64,000 bases of DNA, taken from the NCBI GenBank assembly GCA_965249485.1, contig OZ252239.1, positions 3,552,001-3,616,000 of the forward strand. The letters run 5' to 3'. The stretch's first letter is position 1. Each line of letters starts with the position of its first letter. The position numbers and the translations under genes are program-made. This document shows positions 1 through 10,511 of this stretch, one piece after another. The notes under the pieces are model-generated. The model was not told where the DNA came from. It saw only the letters and a list, made by a program, of their open reading frames with translations, and ran no database searches. The DNA is from a bacterium. GTDB taxonomy: Bacteria; SM23-31.

Positions 1-563
1 ATACCCCGTCGTTTCATCGCATCAGCAATTTCATGAAATGGTCTGCCAACTGCTGTCTTTTCTCCCGGTTCGGCGCTATCTATAATATTCAGAAGAGAAT
101 GGAGATGGCTGCTTGAGCTTTTCGGGGGCAAATGATCGACTATTTTATCATCGAAAAGGTAAAGCCCGACTGCGTCACGCTGACGGATCATGAAATATGC
201 CAATGAAGCCGCTAAGTAGCAGCTATATTGAAATTTCGTTGTTTTATCTGATGAGTAGTGCATCGACTTGCTGACGTCGAGGAGAATATGACATTTGGTG
301 TTGGTTTCCTCCTCAAATTCCTTCACATAATACCGGTCGGTACGCGCATAAAGATTCCAGTCGATTCGTCGCGGATCATCGCCTTGAATGTACGGACGGT
401 ACTCCATGAATTCGACACTGAAGCCTTTAAACGGACTCTTATGGAGACCGGATACAAAACCTTCGACAATAGTGCGGGCAATTAATTCAAGATTTGTGAT
501 GCTCGATAAAATATCGGGATCTATAAACCTGCCGCGGTCTTTTTGTGACTGAGAATTGTTCAT
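1..563 (-). CDS. DUF58 domain protein (MoxR partner), runs off the window edge
   Basis: Not in the ORF track. Manual translation from ATG 563: MNNSQSQKDRGRFIDPDIL...GLHKSPFKGFSVEFMEYRPYIQGDDPRRIDWNLYARTDRYYVKEFEEETN, the DUF58 signature; directly downstream of MoxR. Confidence 0.9.
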   Translation of the reverse strand, partial: MNNSQSQKDRGRFIDPDILSSITNLELIARTIVEGFVSGLHKSPFKGFSVEFMEYRPYIQGDDPRRIDWNLYARTDRYYVKEFEEETNTKCHILLDVSKSMHYSSDKTTKFQYSCYLAASLAYFMIRQRDAVGLYLFDDKIVDHLPPKSSSSHLHSLLNIIDSAEPGEKTAVGRPFHEIADAMKRRG

Positions 564-601
564 ATAACTCATTTTCTTAACAATCGAATAGAGTCGGCGA
601 C

Positions 602-1696
602 TTACAGACTCGACGCTGGTTCGGGAACCGAGTCGATCAGCATTTCAATTATTTTGTCGGAATTGATGTTTTCAGACTCTGCATAGAAATTTGTCAGAAC
701 TCTGTGGCGGAGAACCGGATATACAAGCACTTTGATATCCTCGATCGACACATTATACCGGCCGTGAAAAACTGCGCGGACTTTTCCTCCAAGGAGCAGA
801 TACTGAGCAGCCCTGAGCCCGGCACCCCAACTCACCCATTTTTTAACAAATTCCGGTGCCGATGGATCATCAGGACGTGAACTTCTGACAAAATTGACGG
901 CGAATTCTCCCACATTGTGTGGAACGAACACTTTTTTAATGAGATGCTGAAAGCTGAGAATGTCATCTCCCGATAGCACTGTTGCGAGTTCTGATTCATC
1001 TTGCGATGTTGTATTCATCGCAACGGTCAGTTCATCCTCTGCTGAGAGATAGTCCAACACAATATTGAACATAAATCTGTCAAGTTGTGCTTCGGGAAGG
1101 GGATATGTACCTTCAAACTCAATTGGATTCTGTGTGGCGAGGACAAAAAATGGTTTTTCCAGTACAAATCTTTCTCCTCCGGCAGTCACCTGATATTCCT
1201 GCATAGCTTCAAGCAGTGCAGCCTGTGTTTTGGGTGGCGTTCGGTTTATCTCGTCAGCGAGGATGATGTTTGCAAATATGGGTCCTTTTACAAACTCCAT
1301 AGACCGCTTTCCGGTTGTTTGGTCTTCCTCGATGACATCGATACCCGTAATATCAGCCGGCATTAAATCTGGAGTGAATTGGATACGCTTATAACTCAGA
1401 TCGAGTATTTCGCCAAGTGACTTTATGAGTAAAGTTTTTGCAAGCCCGGGTACACCCGTCAAAAGGCAATGACCACCGGCAAAGAGTGCAATAAGTACCT
1501 CCTCGACAACTTCATGCTGACCGACAATCCGTTTTCTGAGCTCACTTAAAATTAATTGCTTTCCCTGCTCAAGTTTATTTAATGTGGCATCATCTATAGA
1601 ACTTTCTTCAAGCTGATGTTCGACCATTTCTACTGCATCCGGTGCAGCATTTTTTAATTCGGTTTTATCCTGATGTGTAGCATCTTGTTCTTCCAC
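602..1696 (-). CDS. MoxR family AAA+ ATPase
   Basis: GVPGLAKT Walker A, RIQFTPDLMPADITG, ILADEINRTPPKTQAALLEAMQE, ATQNPIEFEGTYPLPEAQLDRF. Start moved to GTG 1696 behind an AGGAG RBS. Confidence 0.95.
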   Translation of the reverse strand: MEEQDATHQDKTELKNAAPDAVEMVEHQLEESSIDDATLNKLEQGKQLILSELRKRIVGQHEVVEEVLIALFAGGHCLLTGVPGLAKTLLIKSLGEILDLSYKRIQFTPDLMPADITGIDVIEEDQTTGKRSMEFVKGPIFANIILADEINRTPPKTQAALLEAMQEYQVTAGGERFVLEKPFFVLATQNPIEFEGTYPLPEAQLDRFMFNIVLDYLSAEDELTVAMNTTSQDESELATVLSGDDILSFQHLIKKVFVPHNVGEFAVNFVRSSRPDDPSAPEFVKKWVSWGAGLRAAQYLLLGGKVRAVFHGRYNVSIEDIKVLVYPVLRHRVLTNFYAESENINSDKIIEMLIDSVPEPASSL

Positions 1697-1707
1697 AAGT
1701 TTTCTCC

Positions 1708-2454
1708 TTAATGTGTCATTGCATAAATAATAAAATTGATCCCCATCTGAAACGGCAGAGTTCCCGCAACATCGAGTCGGCCATCGGGGTATTCCCAACC
1801 ATCGCCAATATCTTGATTATGACAGATTATTGTCATCATGCGACCATTATCATCGTATAGAGCATAATAAGTGTCGTCAAACATGCTGTACCGGCCTGAC
1901 ACCCATGAGGGTGCTGCAACTGGATCAATCGAATAATAGATCGACCAGATCGGGTTATCAGGACGAATTTCCTCCGGCTCCTTATCAGGGAAAACCATTT
2001 TCAAATTGAAATACAAATTCATCCATTCTTGCTGCCCTCTGAAGTCATCGAACATGACAAATCCGCCGCGCTCCAAATATTCACGGAGATTCTCAGCTTC
2101 CTGTTCATTTATCTGCCAATATCCCGGTTCGCAAATATAGAGAAACGGATGTTTGAATATTTCTTTATCTGCCAGGGATAGGATTTTATACTGGCCGGCT
2201 ATATCAACTTTGGTTGTCCGTTTCAGCGCTTCATACAGATTATCTTCCGCGGTTGGATAGTCGTGTGCCCATCGCGGTTCTCCTCTCCTCCCGAACCTCC
2301 CATATCCATCTCCGTAATCGTTGTATTGTATCCGGATGAACCTAAATCCGTGATCATCCTGGGCAACACTGAAATCTGCGAGGAGAAAAAGAATCCCTAC
2401 AATAGAGAAAAAACGCAATAGATTATTAACAATGATATTTATCATGCGTGGCAA
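1708..2454 (-). CDS. DUF4159 domain exported protein
   Basis: Signal-peptide-like N-terminus; F.RIQY, WAHDYP, LREYLERGGF..FDDF, HNQDIGDGWE, GINFIIYAMTH. Confidence 0.85.
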   Translation of the reverse strand: MPRMINIIVNNLLRFFSIVGILFLLADFSVAQDDHGFRFIRIQYNDYGDGYGRFGRRGEPRWAHDYPTAEDNLYEALKRTTKVDIAGQYKILSLADKEIFKHPFLYICEPGYWQINEQEAENLREYLERGGFVMFDDFRGQQEWMNLYFNLKMVFPDKEPEEIRPDNPIWSIYYSIDPVAAPSWVSGRYSMFDDTYYALYDDNGRMMTIICHNQDIGDGWEYPDGRLDVAGTLPFQMGINFIIYAMTH

Positions 2455-2532
2455 CCTGCAACTGCAAAAATTGTATAGTTACAGATGTAAGTTATTGGCT
2501 AATTATAAGTACACCTGTTCCGTAACTTTTAT

Positions 2533-5154
2533 TCAATTAGGGACCTGAACACACTTCAATAGCAGCTTTTGTGCATCTCTGAATCCGGGTGAAAGCTCTA
2601 ATGCTCTTAAGACTGCTGTCTTTGCCTTGAGTAATTGACCGTTCCGGTAGAGACTGTCTCCAAGCTGGTACCATGCCTCTGCCTCATCAATCTGATTAAG
2701 AGCAAGAATAATGCTTCGCTGTTCGATTTCTTCTTCCGTTTCACCACGTTGTTTGTATAACTCAGCAAGTTCATTATAGACACTTGTATCGTAGGGCTGA
2801 ATTTGAAGTGACCGGATGAAAAACTGCTCGGCCAGAACATAATCACCATCATTTTTATATAGATGTGCAAGTTCAATCGCCTCATCTCTGCCGTATTCTG
2901 TCATATTCAAATACTGTATAAGAACATTTTTGAGATCGGCGGTATTCCGCTTTGTGCGGTAAATTTCTGCAAGACCTTCATAAGGATTCTTGGGTTCAAT
3001 ATAGTTGGGCAGTAATTTCAACGCTTCACGAAACGACATTTCTGCACCAGTATAGTCTTCTTCACTCAGCAACACATACCCCTCCTTTAAAGCATCGAAA
3101 AGCGATTTCTCTTCATTGTTATTTCCATATATATCAGGCAGCCCTATTAATACAGGCTCAAATCGCTCCATCTCCGATTCCATGCGTTCACGAAACAGTC
3201 GGTCAATAGATTCTGAACCAGAATCAAAAACAGTACTAAACGCATCTTCGAGGCTGCTTCCATTGCCAAATTCAGCAAGCAGGTCAGAAACCACTGTAAA
3301 ACCGTACTCTTCCGACAAAAACTCGATAAGCCGTGATGCATGATAGTATGACATCATTATCTGGCCAGGATATTTCGGCCGCGTAAATCCTTCATTCATT
3401 TCAGAGAGCGAGAGAAGCATATTGTTCTTTAGTGCATCGAAGAACTGGAGTTCCATTTCACGCCCCCACGCCGGATTAGCACGTTTTTCCTCAAACACTG
3501 ATAAACCTTCGGTGAACCATCGGGGAACCCGGTGATCCGATATTCCGAGGGCCATAACATGAGCAACTTCGTGCCAGAGAGTTCTGGACCAGTTATATCT
3601 GTCTTTCGGAAGACCGTTCTCGGCTGCATTTTTGATTCTGGCAGCCGGTGTATCGAACGCAACGACATCACCAAAACAAACACCCAGCAGACTGATTCCG
3701 GGCAGTCCACTGATCCTAACAGCAAAATCCGCATGGTCATTATATCCTTCGATCCTGATTTTCCCTTCCGGTTTGTAGGAATACCGCTTTGATAATGAAT
3801 CATACGCAGTTTCGGCTAGGTCCAATACTACCTCACTAAGCACCTGACTTTCGGATTCATGCAGAATAACTACAAAATGCTCACTCTCAAATGTTTCAAA
3901 CTGGCTGTATTCATCGATAAGATTTAAGGTGTTGCTTACGAACAGATTGAATGGATCGCGGTTATATGCCCGATCAAGATATCGGTACGCCTCGTCAACT
4001 TCACCGATACGGAAAAGATTTGTCCCTACAAGCGCATATGCTTTCCATAACCTCCTGTTGTGCTCAATTGCCAGTTTGCCAAATCGGACTGCATCTTTAT
4101 ATCGGAAGCGCCGAATACTATTATCCGCAATTATGTAATAGAATTCTCCGGCATAAGGATTGATTGCAATTACACGTTCGACTATCTCATTGAATTTGTC
4201 CTGTTCATCCCGAAGATGATATACCGAAGCAAGGTTCGCAAGCGTTTGTACGGTATATGGATTAATTGCGAGCGCTGACTCCAACTCCAGCTCGGCATCC
4301 TGGTATCGGCTGTCAAGAATGTAGCCTTCGGCAAGAATATTTCTGGCTTCAATATTTTTCGGATTTTTTTCCAATGCCGTACGGGCTAGTTCCTCTTTTT
4401 TTACGAAGCTATTACTCACACGGGCATAACCGGTGTAAAGACTCGATTTGTTCGGATTTATCGATAAGGCATCTTCATAATTCCCACGTGCCTGATCAGG
4501 ATTGAATTTCTCTGAAAACAGCTCAGCCCACCACTCTAAAATAACCACATTGCTGGGATCGATCTTATTTGCTGTTATAAACGCCTCGTTTGCATCACGA
4601 AATTCGTCAAGGTTCGCAAGTGCCTGTGCTGCATAACCTATTTCCATCGGTTCTGAAAGCAAACCGTTGTTCAAACTCCATACCAGAATGTTGTAAAATG
4701 AAGCAGCTTCCTGTATTCGTCCCGTTATTGTATATAACTGTGCCCTTGAATAAATATTTCTCCAGTAGCCGCTTTGAAGGGAGTCGGCATTTTCAAATGC
4801 TTCTGAAGCTTCTTTATATCTACCAATATCAGTGGTAAATTCTCCATAAATAGTTAACAACACAGGATTATCAGGATTTTTTCGGAGAAGCGATTCGAGA
4901 CTTTCAAGGCCTTCATGAATTTTTCCTGTTTCGCGATAAGAATCGAAATATACTTCCAGAACTTCTTTTTCATCCGGTATTCCTCTTTCAATAACCGGAC
5001 CGAGAAGCTCCTGAACCCGGTCATAGTTTCCGCTATTGAGTGCATTGAAAGATTCATTTTGAGTATCCGAAAGATCCTGTGCAGCTATTGGAGATGCGGA
5101 CATAAATAGAAACAATAATCCCAAAAACCATGTATCAATAGTCCGAAAATTCAT
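2533..5154 (-). CDS. Exported TPR-repeat protein with central peptidase MA-like (HExxH) domain
   Basis: Signal peptide, many TPR repeats (ALxxNP), LWHEVAHVM followed by PRWFTEGLS. Confidence 0.85.
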   Translation of the reverse strand: MNFRTIDTWFLGLLFLFMSASPIAAQDLSDTQNESFNALNSGNYDRVQELLGPVIERGIPDEKEVLEVYFDSYRETGKIHEGLESLESLLRKNPDNPVLLTIYGEFTTDIGRYKEASEAFENADSLQSGYWRNIYSRAQLYTITGRIQEAASFYNILVWSLNNGLLSEPMEIGYAAQALANLDEFRDANEAFITANKIDPSNVVILEWWAELFSEKFNPDQARGNYEDALSINPNKSSLYTGYARVSNSFVKKEELARTALEKNPKNIEARNILAEGYILDSRYQDAELELESALAINPYTVQTLANLASVYHLRDEQDKFNEIVERVIAINPYAGEFYYIIADNSIRRFRYKDAVRFGKLAIEHNRRLWKAYALVGTNLFRIGEVDEAYRYLDRAYNRDPFNLFVSNTLNLIDEYSQFETFESEHFVVILHESESQVLSEVVLDLAETAYDSLSKRYSYKPEGKIRIEGYNDHADFAVRISGLPGISLLGVCFGDVVAFDTPAARIKNAAENGLPKDRYNWSRTLWHEVAHVMALGISDHRVPRWFTEGLSVFEEKRANPAWGREMELQFFDALKNNMLLSLSEMNEGFTRPKYPGQIMMSYYHASRLIEFLSEEYGFTVVSDLLAEFGNGSSLEDAFSTVFDSGSESIDRLFRERMESEMERFEPVLIGLPDIYGNNNEEKSLFDALKEGYVLLSEEDYTGAEMSFREALKLLPNYIEPKNPYEGLAEIYRTKRNTADLKNVLIQYLNMTEYGRDEAIELAHLYKNDGDYVLAEQFFIRSLQIQPYDTSVYNELAELYKQRGETEEEIEQRSIILALNQIDEAEAWYQLGDSLYRNGQLLKAKTAVLRALELSPGFRDAQKLLLKCVQVPN

Positions 5155-5253
5155 TAGGAATCCTCTGGAACAAATTTGAAGTGTAATTTGGGTATACGTT
5201 TCCTTCTACCTTATTTAACAATAAGGCTGGAATAGATACCCCTATATAAAGAT

Positions 5254-5279
5254 TACAGTTAGAAATCGCTACAAGTTCC
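5254..5279 (-). promoter_or_regulatory. Candidate ECF-sigma promoter (GGAAC-N14-AACTGTA)
   Basis: Same GAAC-N14-AACTGTA arrangement as at 31189-31213, about 100 bp upstream of the TPR gene. Confidence 0.35.
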
Positions 5280-5349
5280 AAAAGAACAAATCTTGGTCAC
5301 AAAAATATCAGCGGACGACTGCTTTAGCAAGAAAAAAATCGAATCAATT

Positions 5350-5382
5350 TAAAAAGGGTAATACGTTCATGAGCATTACCCT
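5350..5382 (-). terminator. Intrinsic terminator of the pilus operon
   Basis: Minus strand AGGGTAATGC-TCATGAAC-GTATTACCCT followed by TTTT, about 50 nt after the secretin stop. Confidence 0.7.
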
Positions 5383-5432
5383 CTTATATTTACAAATTAC
5401 ATTAAAATTGATCACTCACTCGGTAGTACTAT

Positions 5433-6599
5433 TTAATTATTCTCCCGATCCATTCTCATAGCGACAAGACGCTCTTCCAGTGTCGGTACAATCTCTGCTT
5501 TGAGCAGGATTACCAACTCTTTTTCTACAGAACTAATTTTATTATAGCCAAAAATGTATCCCAATCCGAAAAACCATTTTGGAATATCTTTGAGTATTGG
5601 AATGCCGGTCCGTGTTACATCGTCCTGTGTCAGGTAGAGACCGCCGATCCCGACTTCTTCGTGATCATTGAGCAGAAGCTCCGTTTGTGCTTGTGTTTTA
5701 TTGATTATGGTGCTGATTGTTCCCGGTGAAACAGAACTGCGTTCAACCTGCGTCCCGAGATGGATAAAGTAAAGCGTGTCTTCGACAATGATATTTGGTG
5801 TAACCGATAGAATAATGCCGGAACTCACAAACTTATCAATGACATTTCCGGAAAAATCGCGCTGTTTGATAGAAAAATCCTGCCCGATCTGAACACGTCC
5901 GGTCCTTCCATCTGTAACGGTGATTCTCGGATTGGCAATAATTTTACCTGCGTCGTTCGATTCAAGCGCTTTGATGAGTGTGTGAAATTCGGTTGATCCC
6001 GATGACCGAGTCAATTCAAATGTTCCGACATCTTCCGGTGCAGGATTTCCCACAACATTCTGCCCGGCAATTACAGTGGTGTTCCCACGGCTGGACAAGA
6101 CATTCCAGTTAATTCCAAATTCCTTTAACATTTGACGATCTGCTTCAATGAATGTTGCCTCTATAGTTATTTCTCTCAGATCTTTGGTAACCGGTTTCAG
6201 ACCGGTTCCCTGTTGCACAAGCTCCGAAGCCGATTGCTGAATCTGAACTGGTGGGGCAGCTCTGTTTAACTGAATATAGTTTTCATTCTCAATGAGATCG
6301 AATTCATGAAAGTCTGCAATTGAGGCAAGTGCTTCTTTCCACGTTTCATTCTCAATCTCGACATCAATTGAGCTCGTTTCTTGCTCAGGATCAATAATGA
6401 CAATCCGGTCAAGCCGTACACTAAGTTCATTTAGAGCCCTCAGCACAATGGATAAGGGTGTTTCTTTTGAAAATGAAACGGTTGACCGATCAGTGACTGC
6501 TTCGAGCGGCGGTTTGTCCTGACTATATACGGTCAAAGGGATCATTGATAGTAATGCAATCAATGTGCATTGTATAATACCAGACATTTTCTTTTTCAT
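5433..6599 (-). CDS. pilQ: Secretin (PilQ/GspD family), short form
   Basis: IEATFIEA, GINW, IIANPRITVTDG, GIILSVTP, GIPILKDIP, ELVILLKAEIV; last gene of the pil operon. Confidence 0.9.
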   Translation of the reverse strand: MKKKMSGIIQCTLIALLSMIPLTVYSQDKPPLEAVTDRSTVSFSKETPLSIVLRALNELSVRLDRIVIIDPEQETSSIDVEIENETWKEALASIADFHEFDLIENENYIQLNRAAPPVQIQQSASELVQQGTGLKPVTKDLREITIEATFIEADRQMLKEFGINWNVLSSRGNTTVIAGQNVVGNPAPEDVGTFELTRSSGSTEFHTLIKALESNDAGKIIANPRITVTDGRTGRVQIGQDFSIKQRDFSGNVIDKFVSSGIILSVTPNIIVEDTLYFIHLGTQVERSSVSPGTISTIINKTQAQTELLLNDHEEVGIGGLYLTQDDVTRTGIPILKDIPKWFFGLGYIFGYNKISSVEKELVILLKAEIVPTLEERLVAMRMDRENN

Positions 6600-6656
6600 A
6601 ATTTCATCCTCTGATCGTCCCTAATGTTTTAGCAGGGAGACCTTCTGTTTAAACTT

Positions 6657-7550
6657 CTATTGTGAATTTGATCTACCGTTTATTTTCAGTGTATAATACT
6701 TTCTGTATCCACCCTCATCCAGGATAAATTCGACACTATTTGTGACCGGGTCAATCTCCGACAGATAGCCGAGATAAACGTTGTCGCCTTTGCTCATTTC
6801 CCATATTTTTCCTTGCCGGTTACGTATATATGCAGCCGAATGTGTCAGACCCAGAAGCTCCGATGAACCGATTTCAAGTTCATTGTTGATATTTGGCAGT
6901 ACAGTTTTCTGAACAAGCTTATAGAACGGATTATATGAGATTGAATCGGGTTGAACTGAAAGCCGAGGTTCTTGCCGTTCAGGTAATAAATCTTCAGCAG
7001 AATACCCTCTAATAATTAGAGAATAGCTGACAGTATTCAATTGGTCCCGAGAATTGCCGTGAGCCGATGTTTGAGGAATGATTTCGAGTTCATCCAACAT
7101 GTACAGGGGTGCATAATGTTCCAGCTTCCAAATAAAGTTATACAAATTTCTGAAGTATGTTTCTCCTGACAAACTGTATGAATTTATTTTAATATTGTCT
7201 GCCATACTTTTACGAGGAGAAATTAATCTGAAGTAAAAATTTAATCTGCTGTGGGACTGCGATGTCAGGTCATTTAATATGGCGAAGGTTATAACTGAAT
7301 TTTCCATTTCCGGCAGTTGTTTGTCGTAATTCAGCCATGTTTCCTGTGCTGTTTGATAGCCGGCTATAACTATTTCAAAACTGGCATTGTCTGTTCTCAG
7401 CGCCACTAATTCAGCTTCTTTATCTGTTAAAATGCCTTCGACCTGCACGACCTCATTTTCCAGCTGATGCGAAACTGTATAGGTTCCGGCAGACAGCACA
7501 GAAATTGCCAGAATTAATAGCATTAAGGTATTTCGTATTGTATAAGGCAT
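6657..7550 (-). CDS. PilO-like alignment protein with PilP-like C-terminal domain
   Basis: N-terminal TM plus coiled coil, LP motif, 'G.TYFRNLYNFIWKLE' PilO-like; C-terminus 'YNPF...LLGL...AYIRNRQG...GDNVYLGYLSEID' PilP-like; lies between pilMN and pilQ. Confidence 0.6.
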   Translation of the reverse strand: MPYTIRNTLMLLILAISVLSAGTYTVSHQLENEVVQVEGILTDKEAELVALRTDNASFEIVIAGYQTAQETWLNYDKQLPEMENSVITFAILNDLTSQSHSRLNFYFRLISPRKSMADNIKINSYSLSGETYFRNLYNFIWKLEHYAPLYMLDELEIIPQTSAHGNSRDQLNTVSYSLIIRGYSAEDLLPERQEPRLSVQPDSISYNPFYKLVQKTVLPNINNELEIGSSELLGLTHSAAYIRNRQGKIWEMSKGDNVYLGYLSEIDPVTNSVEFILDEGGYRKYYTLKINGRSNSQ

Positions 7551-7564
7551 TGTTCTGCTCCTTA

Positions 7565-9180
7565 TTAATTGTCTAACAGTACTTTACCAAGACCAGCATG
7601 GATATCCTGAAGCAGCAGAGGCTGCTCTTTTCCAAAAAGCAGTCCGTCTTTTGCTTCTCCGGACAGTTCAAAATTATAGACGGTGTGTTCACGAATCTCT
7701 TCTTCCTGCATAATATCTATTTCAGTATTGTCAAAACGGGATGCAAAGTGGTGAATCCGGTTTCGGTAAAGAGATGTGCCGTTCAGTTTAAATGCTTTGT
7801 CATTTAAGGTGAAATCTCTTACCCAAAGGGAATTCAATTCACGGACAGTATTTGAAAGATAGTTCAGGAATCCGGAATAAAGCGGACCCTGATCCCATAG
7901 TGAATCGACCATAGTAATTGCGTTACGGTACGAGTCTGTTTTTATATTTAGTTCTGCTATCTCGTTTGCAATGAGATATTCTGTCTGGAGTGCGCTCTCG
8001 ACAAGGCTCATTGAAAATTGCGCCTGCTCTTTTCGCTCAATCAAATTATTCCATTGGATTGTGTAAAAAAGCGAGCTAAAAAACAATAAAAGCAATGCTG
8101 CGTATCCATGCCAGGCAAGACGAGCAGAACTCTGCTCTTTATGTACCTGTTCAGGGAGAAAATCTGCATTTTTGTATGTATCATTCTTTTTCTGCACAAC
8201 GCTTGCTGCCAGACCGATTGGTATAGCAAACGATTCGACTTCATTTTCCTCATTGTTATCAAGTAAACTGACATCCAATGCCGGATTGTCTGTCAGGTAT
8301 GTGCATTGAACATCGGGTAGCTTGGACGAAAGATAAGAAAATGTATTATCGGGAATATCCGTACCACTTAGAAATAGCTCAGCAGGACTGTGTATATGAG
8401 AGCGGTCAAGTTCAAGGAGCAGCTTTGCGTAAACTGTCTCCATGATACTCTGCTGATCTTCACCATTTTCACGATTTCTGATTATTACAGGTGAAACCGA
8501 TTCGAGGACTCTGGAGCGAAATAGCAAAATTCTTACCGAATCCGGAGCAAAGTTGATTGCGGCCGAGATTTTTCCTGCTTCCGGCAGATACCTTATCCGA
8601 ACGAGGTGTGCTAAAGCAATCTCGCAAGACGTAAGGATTTCAAGATGCAATCTCCGTTTAAATAGTTTTTGACCCGGAGAAACAAATCCAGCACAGGATC
8701 GGACCCGGAGTAATTCATCATAATAAGATGAGACTCAATTCCATTTACATAACGTAGCTGTTTTCTGTCCCCTATTCCCGGTTGCTGTATGCCGGAAACC
8801 GATTCTCTGATAGCCTCGATGAGTGGTTTGCCCTTCAATCCTTTTTCATTAAAAAATTGGGTGTAGTGTATTTCCGATTCGGATATAGCCAGAGCAACAG
8901 AGATTTTGTCAACAGAATACTTGCTTAAATATTCATACACGATTTCCAATGCTGACTCGGATGAACCGTAATCCGGCTGAACAGTGACAAATGGATCGTG
9001 CATTTGGCCTGTATTATCATCCACTGCCCTGTTACCAATCGCATGATTCTGGTAACCTGTTGACTGCTCATCAGGAAGCATTATTGTATCGAGAGAGACT
9101 ATTTGGTATGAATCCTTCTGATGCTTAAGATGAGCAACTTTTAATGAATCTCTGACTTTATATATTCCTAATGTTTCCAT
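7565..9180 (-). CDS. PilM-PilN fusion-like protein, frameshifted near 8650 (ORFs 8611-9180 and 7565-8650)
   Basis: N-terminus 'LGIYKVRDSLKVAHL' is actin-like PilM; LFLSG and 'FAIPIGLA' end PilM; then 'ADFLP', a TM helix and a PilN-like 'LWVRDF...LNGTS' region. The two ORFs overlap in different frames. Confidence 0.65.
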
Positions 9181-9215
9181 AGTTTCACCTTTTGAAGTCT
9201 GAGTGTTTCAGCAAT

Positions 9216-10511
9216 TTATCCGAGTAATTCTTCCATCCTCTTTTTATTGTTAGCAAAATTCAGAGCTGTTTCCCGTTCAATAATACGTTGTTTTACTAAT
9301 CTACTAAGGTCCTGCTCAAGTGTGTGCATACCAAGGCCAGCACCTTCGTGGATCATCTGATAGATTTCACCAGTATTATTGTTGCGAATTGCAGCACGGA
9401 CTGATGGTGTCAGAATCAGCACTTCTTTTGCGAGTGTCCGCTCGTCATTGCAAGCTGGAACAAGTTTTTGCGAAATAATACATGCAAGTGTATCTGCCAG
9501 CCGATGTCGTATTCGCTCCTGTTCTTCCACCTGCGTTTCACCGATTATTCTATCGATACTCTCAACAGCAGAAGCAGTATGGAGCGTCGAAAATACTTTA
9601 TGTCCTGAATCGGTAATTTCAAGCGCGGTCATAACCGTATCAGGATCCCGCATCTCACCAATCACAATAATATCAGGGTCCTGGCGCAATGATTGGACCG
9701 CGCCATCTTTAAAAGAGGAAACGTCGCGTCCAACTTCCCGGTGCCGAACAACACATTTAATCGGTGCATGTACTGTCTCAATTGGTGAACCGATGATGAC
9801 GATATGTGCTTCCGAGAGGCGGTTATTTGCTTCTATAATCGAATCGAGCGTCGTACTTTTACCCGAACCGGTAATACCGGTTACTAATGTTAATCCCTGT
9901 TTGTGTGTTTTGAGATTTAATATACCTGCAACATTCGGATGGAGCTGCAAATCGGCAAAAGGTCTGATAACATTCGGTACACACCGCATATTCATTGCAA
10001 GATGATCAAGGTCAAAGTAGGCATCCGCACGATATCTCATGTCGGAGTTATTTTTTGAACATTTATAGGAAAAGTCGATATTCTTCTTCAAGAGAATATC
10101 CCGCTGCAGCGGGTTGAGGAGACTGAGAATCATTGCATCTGAAAAATCAGCGGACACAGTTCCGAATTGTGGCACAGGCTTCTTTATTCCATGTATCCTG
10201 TACCAGATCTGCCCACCGCATCCGGACCCTCCAAAGTCAATGTCTGATGCACCCAATTCATCCATGGTGTTCAGAAACTGATCCCATTCTATCCGCAGCT
10301 GTGCTGAAACCGCCGATGGAGCATCATTGAGCAACGTGCCAATATGTTTCATTCTATCTGCTCCGATAAGCTCTTTTTTTGTATTCTTCAGCAGTGTAAC
10401 AAAAAAGTTTTTAAGCTGCCCGCCCATCGATGATTCCTGATACAGCAGCCCATTCTCATCTGTCCAATCCTCAATAATATGTAGTTCAGATTGTTTCATG
10501 TTCATCTCCAA
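9216..10511 (-). CDS. pilT: PilT/PilU family retraction ATPase
   Basis: GITGSGKSTT, SLRQDPDIIVIGEMRD, SGHKVFSTLHT, SQKL, VRAAIRNN, GMHTLEQDL. Confidence 0.9.
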   Translation of the reverse strand: MEMNMKQSELHIIEDWTDENGLLYQESSMGGQLKNFFVTLLKNTKKELIGADRMKHIGTLLNDAPSAVSAQLRIEWDQFLNTMDELGASDIDFGGSGCGGQIWYRIHGIKKPVPQFGTVSADFSDAMILSLLNPLQRDILLKKNIDFSYKCSKNNSDMRYRADAYFDLDHLAMNMRCVPNVIRPFADLQLHPNVAGILNLKTHKQGLTLVTGITGSGKSTTLDSIIEANNRLSEAHIVIIGSPIETVHAPIKCVVRHREVGRDVSSFKDGAVQSLRQDPDIIVIGEMRDPDTVMTALEITDSGHKVFSTLHTASAVESIDRIIGETQVEEQERIRHRLADTLACIISQKLVPACNDERTLAKEVLILTPSVRAAIRNNNTGEIYQMIHEGAGLGMHTLEQDLSRLVKQRIIERETALNFANNKKRMEELLG

